DNA from: Firmicutes bacterium HGW-Firmicutes-9
GTDB lineage: Bacteria; Bacillota; Clostridia; Christensenellales; CAG-138
NCBI GenBank assembly: GCA_002841395.1
Contig: PGZM01000003.1
Coordinates: 130,554 to 194,553, forward strand
Direction of reading: 5' to 3'
DNA length: 64,000 bases
Both the position numbers and the translations under genes were made by a program. Shown in pieces: positions 38,441-47,251 of this stretch; within the stretch, counting starts at the first letter, position 1; the number at the start of each line of letters is the position of its first letter. The notes under the pieces are model-generated. The model was not told the origin of the DNA, made no database searches, and saw only the letters and a list, made by a program, of their open reading frames with translations.

Positions 38441-40750
38441 ATGGGCAAACTGTTTCAAAATAAGAAATTCCAAAATACGATGTTCTTCTTTGCGACGCTG
38501 ACATCCGTGATCTATTTGATATGGCGTGCGGTGTTTACGCTGCCGCTCAAAGAGGGCATCATCGCGTTGATCTTTGGTATTATGCTGCTGGTGAGCGAGA
38601 TTACCTCGGCGCTGGGTACCTATGAGCTCTATTACCGCAAGAACCGCTCCAACAAGGTGGATCTTTCGCTGCCGGAAATTCCGCACAGCTGGTATCCGGA
38701 TATCGACGTTCTGGTCGCCACCCATAACGAGCCGGTCGAGCTGCTCTTTAAAACCGTGAATGCCCTGACCTACATGGATTATCCGGACAAGAGCAAGGTG
38801 CACATCTATATTGCAGACGACGGAAACCGTCCCGCAATGGCGCAGCTCGCGCAACAGCTGGGCGTGGGCTATTTTGCGCTTGCGAATAATAAGGAAGCCA
38901 AGAGCGGAAACCTCAATAATGCTTTGCGGCAGACGAAATCTCCGCTGGTTGCGACGTTTGACGCGGATATGATCGCGCGCAAAGAGTTTCTGATGCAGAC
39001 CGTGCCGTATTTCTTCCTGCCGCGTGTGCAGCATAAGGACGGCAAATGGATTCTGCGTAAGCAGGAGGAGGTCGATCCCAATTACAAGATCGGCTTTATC
39101 CAGACACCGCAGAGCTTTTATAACCCGGACTTGTTCCAATTCAACCTCTATTCGGAGCAGAACATCCCGAACGAACAGGACTTCTTCTCGCGCGAGATCA
39201 ACGTTATGCGCAACAGCACCAACGCCGTGGCCTACACCGGTAGCAACACGGTAATTGCGCGGCAGGCGCTGGATGAGATCGGCGGGTTCCCGACGGATAC
39301 GATCACAGAGGACTTTGAAACCGGCATCAAGATACAGAGCAAGGGCTATACCGCATATTCCACGGTGCAGCCGCTGGCAAGCGGATTAGCTCCGACGAGC
39401 ATCAAGAGCATGGTCACCCAGCGTGTTCGTTGGGCGCGCGGCGTGATTCAATCCATCCGCAACACGAAACTGATCTCCAACAAGGGCCTTTCCGTAAGCG
39501 CGCGGATCAGCTATCTGCTGTCGTATTCCTATTGGTGGTCATTCGGGCGCAGACTCGTGTTTACCTTCGCGCCGATCATGTTTGCGCTGTTTGACCTGCA
39601 GGTTGTCAACACCACGTTCTGGGGGATTATGGCGATCTGGGGTCCGCAATACATCTTCTACACGCTCGCCGTTCGCAGCCTTTCCAGCGACACGAGAAAC
39701 CAGCGCTGGAATCAGATCATCGATACGATCCTTGCGCCGTTTATGGTGATTCCTGTGTTCCTTGAAACCATCGGCATCAAACAGTTGAAGTTCAAGATCA
39801 CAGACAAGAGCCAGAGCAAGCCCCAGAACAGCAACCTCGTCTACATCATTCCGCAGCTGGTCATGCTCGGCATGTCCATCGCGGGCTTGATCCGCTACCT
39901 CGGCGGCAAATATGGCGTTGCGCTGTTCTACAGCAGCTTCATCGCCTTCTGGCTCATTCTGAACATCACGAACCTGCTGTACGCCGTGTATTTCATGATG
40001 GGTCGCAAAGCGTATCGCTCGAGTGAGCGTTTTGCCGCGGAAATCCCTGTGACACTCAACTACTGCGGAAAGACGTTTTCGGCGGTGACCAAGAACATCT
40101 CCGAAGGCGGATTCCTCTTTGAACTGGAGCATCCGGCATATCTGCCGGACGACGCGCCGCTGGAGTTCACGCTCAAGAGCGAAAAATACAGCGCAACCGT
40201 ACAGGGAAAGATCGTCTACATCAACAGCGCGGGCAACAAGTGGCTCTATCATGTGCAGCTTGTGCCGGGCATGACAGAGCACGACACGCGGGAGTATCTA
40301 CAGCTGGTCTATGACCGCCAGCACTCTTTGCCGAAGTCGATGAATATCTGGGTGACGGCGTTTGACGATCTCGTCAACAACGCAAGCCAGCGTCTGGATC
40401 AGAAGCATTCCGAAATGCGCGCGCTGCCGCGCATCCAACTCAACCGCTTTGTGCGGTTTGAAGAGGGCGTCAGCGGCACGATGATCGACTTCAACTTCAA
40501 GTTTGTGCTCATGCGCGGACTGAGCGAGAGCGCGGATACGCTCACGCTTGTGCCGCGGGCCGGTATCCGCATCGAGCTGGAGAACACGAAGAAAGCCATG
40601 GCGACGCCGGGCGTGATTCTCTACCGTGTGGTCAACTGGGAACAGCTCGCTTCCAGCAAAGCGTTTCAGACGCTGCTGGAGGACTGGATTTTCGAATATC
40701 AGAACGGTACCGCAAAGCCGCGCAGCAAGAAAAAGCGAGCTGCTTTGTAA
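38441..40750 (+). CDS. Processive GT2 synthase, cellulose synthase BcsA-like, with C-terminal PilZ
   Basis: DDG, AKSGNLN, FDAD, QTPQSF, TED, QRVRW, FKITDK, PilZ RSSER...NISEGG, and a second RALPR motif. Confidence 0.88.
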   Translation: MGKLFQNKKFQNTMFFFATLTSVIYLIWRAVFTLPLKEGIIALIFGIMLLVSEITSALGTYELYYRKNRSNKVDLSLPEIPHSWYPDIDVLVATHNEPVELLFKTVNALTYMDYPDKSKVHIYIADDGNRPAMAQLAQQLGVGYFALANNKEAKSGNLNNALRQTKSPLVATFDADMIARKEFLMQTVPYFFLPRVQHKDGKWILRKQEEVDPNYKIGFIQTPQSFYNPDLFQFNLYSEQNIPNEQDFFSREINVMRNSTNAVAYTGSNTVIARQALDEIGGFPTDTITEDFETGIKIQSKGYTAYSTVQPLASGLAPTSIKSMVTQRVRWARGVIQSIRNTKLISNKGLSVSARISYLLSYSYWWSFGRRLVFTFAPIMFALFDLQVVNTTFWGIMAIWGPQYIFYTLAVRSLSSDTRNQRWNQIIDTILAPFMVIPVFLETIGIKQLKFKITDKSQSKPQNSNLVYIIPQLVMLGMSIAGLIRYLGGKYGVALFYSSFIAFWLILNITNLLYAVYFMMGRKAYRSSERFAAEIPVTLNYCGKTFSAVTKNISEGGFLFELEHPAYLPDDAPLEFTLKSEKYSATVQGKIVYINSAGNKWLYHVQLVPGMTEHDTREYLQLVYDRQHSLPKSMNIWVTAFDDLVNNASQRLDQKHSEMRALPRIQLNRFVRFEEGVSGTMIDFNFKFVLMRGLSESADTLTLVPRAGIRIELENTKKAMATPGVILYRVVNWEQLASSKAFQTLLEDWIFEYQNGTAKPRSKKKRAAL

Positions 40751-40878
40751 GAGAGAACAACGTAAACACATGTCCTCCGCGGGATTTCCCGCGGGGGACT
40801 ATGCTATAATGAATCTACCGAATTGACGTATAATAAGCAACACGAGAACATCCTGAAACAGAGGAGTGTGACGACTGC

Positions 40879-42741
40879 ATGGCGATACTATTGACCGTTT
40901 TACGCTTGCTAGCGTTTCTGCTTTCCGCCGTGGGCTATGTCGCCATCGCGCGGGCCTATTGGAAGATCACCGCGCGCGCAAGCTACATCTTCGTTTTTTC
41001 CGCGCAGGCGTTGATCGTGTATTTCGCGGGGCTGATCGGCGTGCTGCCGTATGTTGCCTATGCGCTCTTCGGCGGCGGCATCGTTGCGCTCGTCGCGCTG
41101 ATACTCAACAAAAAGATCGCGCAAGCATTTAACAGAACGTCGCTCAGCGCGATCAATCTCGCGTTCATCGCGGTGTTCGGCGCAATCAGCGCATCGCTGA
41201 TCGAAACCAGATTTGTGCACTACGATAATTTCTCGCACTGGGCGGTCGTGGTGAAATACATGCTCGCGACAAACCGCATCCCCGATGCTGCGAGCGCGAT
41301 CATCGACTTTAAGAGCTATCCGCTGGGCAGCTCTTCGTTTCTCTACTATGTCGGCCGCATCGTCGGTAACGGCGAAGGCGTGATGCTGGTGGGTCAGGGA
41401 ATATTGCTGTTTGCGAGTTTCTATGCCGTGTTCGGCGCGATTCGCGACCAGAAGCGATTCCTTCTTGCCGCGCTGCTCGGGCTCGGCTGCACCGTAATGG
41501 CGATTTTCAACATCAGCATTCGCATCAACAACCTGCTTGTCGACTTCCTGCTGCCAGCCCTGGCGCTTGCCAGCATCGGCATCCTGCTTGTCGAGCGCAA
41601 ACGGTTTTTTACCGCGTGCCTTGCGGTGCTTCCGGTGCTTGGGCTGCTGATTATCGTGAAAAACACCGGCGTAATATTTGCGCTGTTCGGATTTGTGTTT
41701 TTGATTTATCGATCCGTGCAATTCCAGCGCGAGGACGCAAAGCTCCGGCCTTACTTCTGGAGCGCGCTGTTGATCATCGGACTTTCGCTTCTGCCGCTGA
41801 TCCTCTGGAACGTGCATACGTCGCTTGCGTTTCCGACCGACGCTGGCAAGTTCAGCTACGATTTTCAGACGCTCTCGTCTTTTACGATCGATAAAACACC
41901 CGTGCAGATTCAGTATATCGTGCAGCTGTTCCTCTACACGACAACCTCGCTCTCTCAACTGCCGACGCTGGGATTTTTGATCTTCAACGGCGTTGCGCTG
42001 GTGAGCTATTTGGTTGCGCGGTTTGTGTTCCACAAAAAGTGGAAACTGCTGGGCACGCTGCTGCTGCTCGACCTTGCGGTGGTGCTCTATTATGGCGGCA
42101 TTCTTGCGATGTATATCCTCTCGATGCCGATTGACGAGGCGCTTCGCCTCGCGGGGTTCGACCGATATGCTTCGAGCATGATCCTCTTCCTCATTGGCGT
42201 GGTATCTATGCGGTTGACGATGGATGTGGAAAACTCGTTTTACTACCAGCAGGGTGAGCAACGGGATTACCGGGCGTTTAAGAGCCTGACTACGAAAAAC
42301 ATCTACCAAACGGCGACGCTGCTATTATCCCTCGTTGCGGGATTGCTGCTGCTGTCCGAGCTCAACGGCATGAACCATATGCGCGAGGCGTATCAAGAGA
42401 GCCTGCCCGCGCGCGTTTCCGCGGTGACGGGGGACAACTGGCATGCGCCGGACAACGACACGCGATATCTGTTCTATTCCTCGGATGCGGGCGGTGAAGT
42501 GTCGAGCTACGAGCTGCCGTATGTCGGGCGATATTTCCTATTTGCGTCGCAGGTAGATGCCGTCAGCGCGTTTACGGATGATGCGTTTATGGGGCAGATT
42601 CAAACCTATGACAAGTTCGTGATTTTGGAGAGTACGCCCGAAATTCGGGCATATATGCAGGCGCACGCAAACCTGCCCGGCGAGGTCGGCATCTACGACG
42701 TAAGGGAGACGTTCCCCGAAGCCGAGATACCGCAAGCATGA
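40879..42741 (+). CDS. Polytopic membrane protein, possibly GT-C-like glycosyltransferase or glycan modifier
   Basis: 620 aa with many TM segments. First external loop YDNFSHW...YPLG, plus DFLL, IVKNTG and FDRY, and a soluble C-terminal domain. Confidence 0.5.
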   Translation: MAILLTVLRLLAFLLSAVGYVAIARAYWKITARASYIFVFSAQALIVYFAGLIGVLPYVAYALFGGGIVALVALILNKKIAQAFNRTSLSAINLAFIAVFGAISASLIETRFVHYDNFSHWAVVVKYMLATNRIPDAASAIIDFKSYPLGSSSFLYYVGRIVGNGEGVMLVGQGILLFASFYAVFGAIRDQKRFLLAALLGLGCTVMAIFNISIRINNLLVDFLLPALALASIGILLVERKRFFTACLAVLPVLGLLIIVKNTGVIFALFGFVFLIYRSVQFQREDAKLRPYFWSALLIIGLSLLPLILWNVHTSLAFPTDAGKFSYDFQTLSSFTIDKTPVQIQYIVQLFLYTTTSLSQLPTLGFLIFNGVALVSYLVARFVFHKKWKLLGTLLLLDLAVVLYYGGILAMYILSMPIDEALRLAGFDRYASSMILFLIGVVSMRLTMDVENSFYYQQGEQRDYRAFKSLTTKNIYQTATLLLSLVAGLLLLSELNGMNHMREAYQESLPARVSAVTGDNWHAPDNDTRYLFYSSDAGGEVSSYELPYVGRYFLFASQVDAVSAFTDDAFMGQIQTYDKFVILESTPEIRAYMQAHANLPGEVGIYDVRETFPEAEIPQA

Positions 42742-42824
42742 AACGATTTGGAAGACCGCTCTGGATAACAGGGCGGTTTTCTACTGCTCAGAGAATATAT
42801 GATATATATTTTTCGCAAATACTA

Positions 42825-42853
42825 TTGCAATTTTTGCGCGGGCGTGGTAAATT
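42825..42853 (+). promoter_or_regulatory. Promoter of the aro operon
   Basis: TTGCAA (42825-42830), 17 bp, TAAATT (42848-42853), with extended -10 TG. Confidence 0.6.
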
Positions 42854-42894
42854 ATCAACAATCTCGGCGTTGGCCGGACAGAAAGAAGCGTTTT

Positions 42895-42990
42895 ATGACC
42901 CGCATTGCAAACGCAGCAGAATATCGTTACTTTAGCTTTACCGGCTACTTTTACGGTAAGGCTGGTTTCGGTTTGGCGCAGCAAGGGTGA
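42895..42990 (+). CDS. Tyr/Phe-rich attenuator leader peptide (31 aa)
   Basis: MTRIANAAEYRYFSFTGYFYGKAGFGLAQQG, with 4 Tyr and 4 Phe. Purine-rich RBS GAAAGAAG. Lies upstream of a terminator and aroF. Confidence 0.75.
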   Translation: MTRIANAAEYRYFSFTGYFYGKAGFGLAQQG

Positions 42991-43025
42991 TCGGGTAGAA
43001 AAAACGCCGCATACGATCGCATCGC

Positions 43026-43054
43026 ACCGCAGCCAAACAGGCTGCGGTTTTTTT
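43026..43054 (+). terminator. Attenuator terminator of the aro operon
   Basis: ACCGCAGCC-aaaca-GGCTGCGGT plus T-run, 20 nt before the aroF start. Confidence 0.85.
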
Positions 43055-43074
43055 ACAGGCGGAGGGAGAAAATT

Positions 43075-44094
43075 ATGATCGTCATACTCAAACCAAACCC
43101 CAATCCGGATCAACTGGAGAGCCTCAAAAACTGGCTGCTCGGTAAGGGCATCCAGATCCACACCAGCCTCGGCACAACGCAGATGATTCTGGGCCTCGTC
43201 GGGGACACATCCACGCTGGATATCGACCTCATCAGCGCGCTGGATATCGTCGAAGACGTCAAGCGCGTGCAGGAGCCGTATAAAAACGCCAACCGTAAGT
43301 TTCATCCGGAGGACACCGTCATCCCCGTTGGCAACACGCAAATCGGCGGCGGGACGCTGACTATTATGGCGGGACCCTGCTCGGTCGAGAGCGAAGCGCA
43401 GATCGTCGCGGTCGCCAAGGCCGTGAAAGCGAGCGGTGCTACCATGCTCCGCGGTGGCGCGTTCAAGCCGCGCACCTCGCCTTATGCCTTCCAGGGCATG
43501 GGCGCGCAGGGCATCGAACTATTAAAACTCGCCCGCGCGGAGACGGGGCTGCCAATTGTCAGCGAGATCATGGACGCTTCTCAGCTTCCGCTGTTCGACG
43601 ATGTGGATGTGATTCAGGTCGGCGCGCGCAACATGCAGAACTTCAATTTATTGAAGGTGCTCGGCGCGCAGGAAAAACCCGTCATGATCAAGCGCGGACT
43701 CTCCTCGACCTATGAAGAATGGCTCATGAGCGCGGAATACGTCATGGCGAGCGGCAACGAGAAGGTCATTCTCTGCGAGCGCGGCATCCGCACCTTTGAA
43801 ACCTACACGAGAAACACACTTGACCTCGCGGCGGTTCCGGTGCTCCGGCACCTGACGCATCTTCCGGTGATCATCGATCCCAGCCACGCAACGGGCAGAT
43901 ACGCACTTGTTGCGCCGCTCGCGATGGGCGCGGTGGCGACAGGCTGCGACGGACTCTTAATCGAGGTGCACAACGATCCCGCCCATGCAATGAGCGACGG
44001 ACCGCAGTCCCTCAATCCGGAAGCATTCGACAAGCTCAACAGCAGAATTCTCGCACTGCACGCGTTTATGACCAGTGGGGAGGGAAGAGCGTGA
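43075..44094 (+). CDS. aroF: DAHP synthase (type I-beta, with N-terminal regulatory domain)
   Basis: AGPCSVE, RGGAFKPRTSPY, QVGARNMQNF, KRG, CERGIRT, DPSHATG, SDGPQSL. Confidence 0.95.
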   Translation: MIVILKPNPNPDQLESLKNWLLGKGIQIHTSLGTTQMILGLVGDTSTLDIDLISALDIVEDVKRVQEPYKNANRKFHPEDTVIPVGNTQIGGGTLTIMAGPCSVESEAQIVAVAKAVKASGATMLRGGAFKPRTSPYAFQGMGAQGIELLKLARAETGLPIVSEIMDASQLPLFDDVDVIQVGARNMQNFNLLKVLGAQEKPVMIKRGLSSTYEEWLMSAEYVMASGNEKVILCERGIRTFETYTRNTLDLAAVPVLRHLTHLPVIIDPSHATGRYALVAPLAMGAVATGCDGLLIEVHNDPAHAMSDGPQSLNPEAFDKLNSRILALHAFMTSGEGRA

Positions 44095-44927
44095 ACGTCG
44101 GCATCGTCGGCCTCGGCCTCATCGGTGGCTCGATGGCAAAAAGCATCAAGGTGCGCACGGCGAACACCGTCTGGGGCATAGATCTCGATGCGGAGACGAT
44201 GACGCTTTCGCGTCTCAGCGGCGCCATCGACGGCGCGCTGACGGCGGAGAATCTTCCGCTGTGCGATCTGGTGCTCGTCGCGATTCGTCCGGCGGCGGCT
44301 GTCGCCTGGGTGAAGGAACATGCGCCGCTGTTTTCAAAATCAACGATTTTGGTGGATCTTTGCGGCGTCAAGCGCAGCGTTTGCGAGCAGCTTGCGCCGA
44401 TTGCCAAGGAGTACGGCTTTGCCTACATCGGCGGACACCCGATGGCGGGGCGTGAGCGCGGCGGATTTGTCCACTCCAGCGAGGAGCTATTCACGGGCGC
44501 ATCGATGATTCTCACGCCCGATCAGAGCACGGACATGCGCATGCTCGAAACGCTCAAAGCGTTCTTCACAGACATCGGCTTTGCGGGACTGACCTTCTCC
44601 ACGCCGGAGGAGCACGACCGCATCATTGCCTACACGTCTCAGCTTGCGCATCTGGTCTCGAGTGCGTACATCAAATCGCCCGAGGCGCAAAGACGGCGCG
44701 GGTTCTCCGCGGGCAGCTTTCGGGATATGACGCGTGTGGCGCACCTCGACGAGGCGATGTGGACGGAGCTGTTTTTAGACGATGCAGATTATCTTGCCGA
44801 GCAGCTCGATATCTTAATCGACCATCTCAGCGAATACCGCGCGGCGCTCAAGGCGCACGACGCGGAGCAGTTACAGGCGCTGTTGAAAGACGGGCGCGAA
44901 AAGAAAGCCACGGCGGGAGGGAACTAA
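44091..44927 (+). CDS. tyrA: Prephenate dehydrogenase
   Basis: GLGLIGGS, GGHPMAGRE, HDRIIAYTSQLAH, SFRDMTRVA. Confidence 0.92.
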   Translation: MNVGIVGLGLIGGSMAKSIKVRTANTVWGIDLDAETMTLSRLSGAIDGALTAENLPLCDLVLVAIRPAAAVAWVKEHAPLFSKSTILVDLCGVKRSVCEQLAPIAKEYGFAYIGGHPMAGRERGGFVHSSEELFTGASMILTPDQSTDMRMLETLKAFFTDIGFAGLTFSTPEEHDRIIAYTSQLAHLVSSAYIKSPEAQRRRGFSAGSFRDMTRVAHLDEAMWTELFLDDADYLAEQLDILIDHLSEYRAALKAHDAEQLQALLKDGREKKATAGGN

Positions 44928-44930
44928 GAC

Positions 44931-46001
44931 ATGCAGCAACGCGTCATCCCCGTTCGGGTGCGGGAAGGGTACCAGGCCGTGATCGGCGGCGGTCTGCTTC
45001 GTGAAAGCGGGCGGCTGCTGCGCGAAACGCTGGGCGACTGTCGCCTTGCGGTGGTGACGGACAGCAATGTCGCAACCCTGTATCTCAATCCGGTTCTGGC
45101 AAGCCTCACCGAGGCGGGATTTGATGCGTGCTCTTATGCATTCCCAGCGGGTGAAGCGCACAAACGCCTCGACACGCTCTCCGGTATGCTCGAGTTCTTT
45201 GCCGAACAGCATCTGACGCGCAAGGACTGCGTGGTCGCGCTCGGCGGCGGCGTCACAGGCGACATGGCCGGGTTTGCGGCCGGGTGTTACCTGCGCGGCG
45301 TGCGCTTTGCGCAGATTCCGACGACGTTGCTTGCCGCGGTGGATTCCTCCGTCGGCGGTAAGACCGCGGTCGATCTCGTGGCTGGTAAAAATCTTGCGGG
45401 ACTGTTCCATCAACCTTCGATCGTGATTTGCGATACCGACACGTTTGCGACACTCTCGCCGGACGAATTCGCAAACGGCGCGGCGGAGGCGATCAAGACC
45501 GGCATTCTCGACGACGAAACGCTGTTTTCGCTGTTTGAATCGGGCGATGTGCGCGCAAACATCCAGGAAATCGTCGCGCAGTGCGTCGCGTTCAAGGCGA
45601 AAATTGTGGAAGAGGACGAAACCGAGACGGGCATTCGCAAGACGCTCAACCTCGGCCACACCGCCGGTCACGCGATGGAACGCTGCAGCGATTATACGAT
45701 TCCGCACGGGCATGCGGTCGGCGCGGGGCTTGCGATCATCGCGCGCGCTTCCGAGCGGCTTGGCTGGGCAACCGCGCCGATTGCACGGTGCATCGAAGCC
45801 GCGCTCACAAGAAACGGGCTGCCCATCACAACAGAATTTACCCCCGAAGCGCTGGCAGAAGCCGCGCTCTCGGATAAAAAACGCGCGGGAGGAACGATCA
45901 CGATCGTGGTTCCGAGAAGCATCGGCGATTGCGCGCTGATCGATATCCCCGTCGGGCAGCTTGCGGACGTGTTCCGCGCAGGGTTGGAGGCGGACGCATG
46001 A
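44931..46001 (+). CDS. aroB: 3-dehydroquinate synthase
   Basis: GEAHK, ALGGGVTGD, PTTLLAAVDSSVGGKT, LNLGHTAGHA, HGHAV. Confidence 0.96.
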   Translation: MQQRVIPVRVREGYQAVIGGGLLRESGRLLRETLGDCRLAVVTDSNVATLYLNPVLASLTEAGFDACSYAFPAGEAHKRLDTLSGMLEFFAEQHLTRKDCVVALGGGVTGDMAGFAAGCYLRGVRFAQIPTTLLAAVDSSVGGKTAVDLVAGKNLAGLFHQPSIVICDTDTFATLSPDEFANGAAEAIKTGILDDETLFSLFESGDVRANIQEIVAQCVAFKAKIVEEDETETGIRKTLNLGHTAGHAMERCSDYTIPHGHAVGAGLAIIARASERLGWATAPIARCIEAALTRNGLPITTEFTPEALAEAALSDKKRAGGTITIVVPRSIGDCALIDIPVGQLADVFRAGLEADA

Positions 46002-47251
46002 TCGCCCGCATCGCGCCCGCGCAACTTGGCGGAACGGTGGCTGCCATCGCGTCAAAGTCCGACGCGCACCGCCTCTTGATCCTCGCTGCACTCAGCCGCG
46101 GCGAGACAAAGCTTTTGATGGAGAAACGCTCGGAGGATATCGACGCGACGATCTGCTGCCTGCGTGCGTTGGGCGCAACCATCGAGATTTTGCCGGATGG
46201 TGTAGCTGTCCGCGGCATCGAGCGCGTGAATGAAAATCCCCGGCTTGACTGCGGTGAAAGCGGCTCCACGTTTCGATTTATGCTTCCCGTGGCGTGCGCG
46301 CTGTGCGAACAGGCACGCTTCACGGGCTCCGGCAGACTGCCGGAGCGACCCATCGGGGAGCTCATGCGGGTCATGCAGGCGCACGGCGTCGCGTTCTCCG
46401 CGGAGCGATTGCCGTTTGCAACAACGGGCAAGCTCGCGGGCGGCGATTTCGCCCTGCCGGGCAACGTAAGCTCGCAATACCTGACCGGACTGCTGCTCGC
46501 GCTGCCGTTTGCAAAAGGCGACAGCACGATTTCGCTCACCACACGGTTGGAATCCGCGGCGTATGTGGACATAACGCTGTACGCGTTGCAGCGTTTCGGT
46601 ATACAGGTTCGCTTGGAAAATGGTGGCTACACCGTCCCGGGCGGACAAGCGAGCCTCTCACCCGGCGAGCTGCGCGTGGATGGCGACTGGTCGAATGCCG
46701 CGTTTTTCCTCGCGGCAGGCGCGCTGGGCAATCCTATCACGATGACGGGCTTGCGCCTGGATTCGCCACAGGGCGACAAAGCAATGTTGGATGCACTGCG
46801 CAAGTTCGGCGCAAATGTCGAGGCAACGAGTGAAGCGGTGACGGTATCACCCGCGCGGCTCTCGGGATGCACCATCGACGTCAGCGAAACACCCGATCTG
46901 TTGCCGATCCTCGCCGTGCTCGGTGCATGCGCGGAGGTCGAAACGCGACTCGTCAATGCTGCGCGGCTGCGGCTCAAAGAGAGCGACCGACTCGTCTCCG
47001 TTTCCGCGATGCTCCGCGCGCTCGGCGGCACGGTACAAGAGCTGCCGGATGCGCTCGTGATTACGGGCGGGCGGCTCGTCGGCGGCACGGTAGACAGCGT
47101 TCGCGATCATCGTATTGCGATGTCCGCCGCGATTGCCTCGATTCGTTGCGCTGAGGAAGTGACCATTCTCGATGCGGATGCGGCAAGCAAGTCGTATCCT
47201 GCGTTTTATCACGATTTTAACAGGCTGGGAGGGCATGCAGATGTCGTCTGA
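45998..47251 (+). CDS. aroA: EPSP synthase
   Basis: SKSDAHR, CGESGSTFRF, SSQYLTG, LRLKESDR, DHRIAM, KSYP. Confidence 0.96.
   Translation: MIARIAPAQLGGTVAAIASKSDAHRLLILAALSRGETKLLMEKRSEDIDATICCLRALGATIEILPDGVAVRGIERVNENPRLDCGESGSTFRFMLPVACALCEQARFTGSGRLPERPIGELMRVMQAHGVAFSAERLPFATTGKLAGGDFALPGNVSSQYLTGLLLALPFAKGDSTISLTTRLESAAYVDITLYALQRFGIQVRLENGGYTVPGGQASLSPGELRVDGDWSNAAFFLAAGALGNPITMTGLRLDSPQGDKAMLDALRKFGANVEATSEAVTVSPARLSGCTIDVSETPDLLPILAVLGACAEVETRLVNAARLRLKESDRLVSVSAMLRALGGTVQELPDALVITGGRLVGGTVDSVRDHRIAMSAAIASIRCAEEVTILDADAASKSYPAFYHDFNRLGGHADVV

Noticed and set aside
42799..42894. N-terminal extension of the leader ORF to 63 aa, as in the ORF track
   Set aside because: It begins upstream of the predicted promoter and lacks an RBS. 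ATG 42895 fits better.
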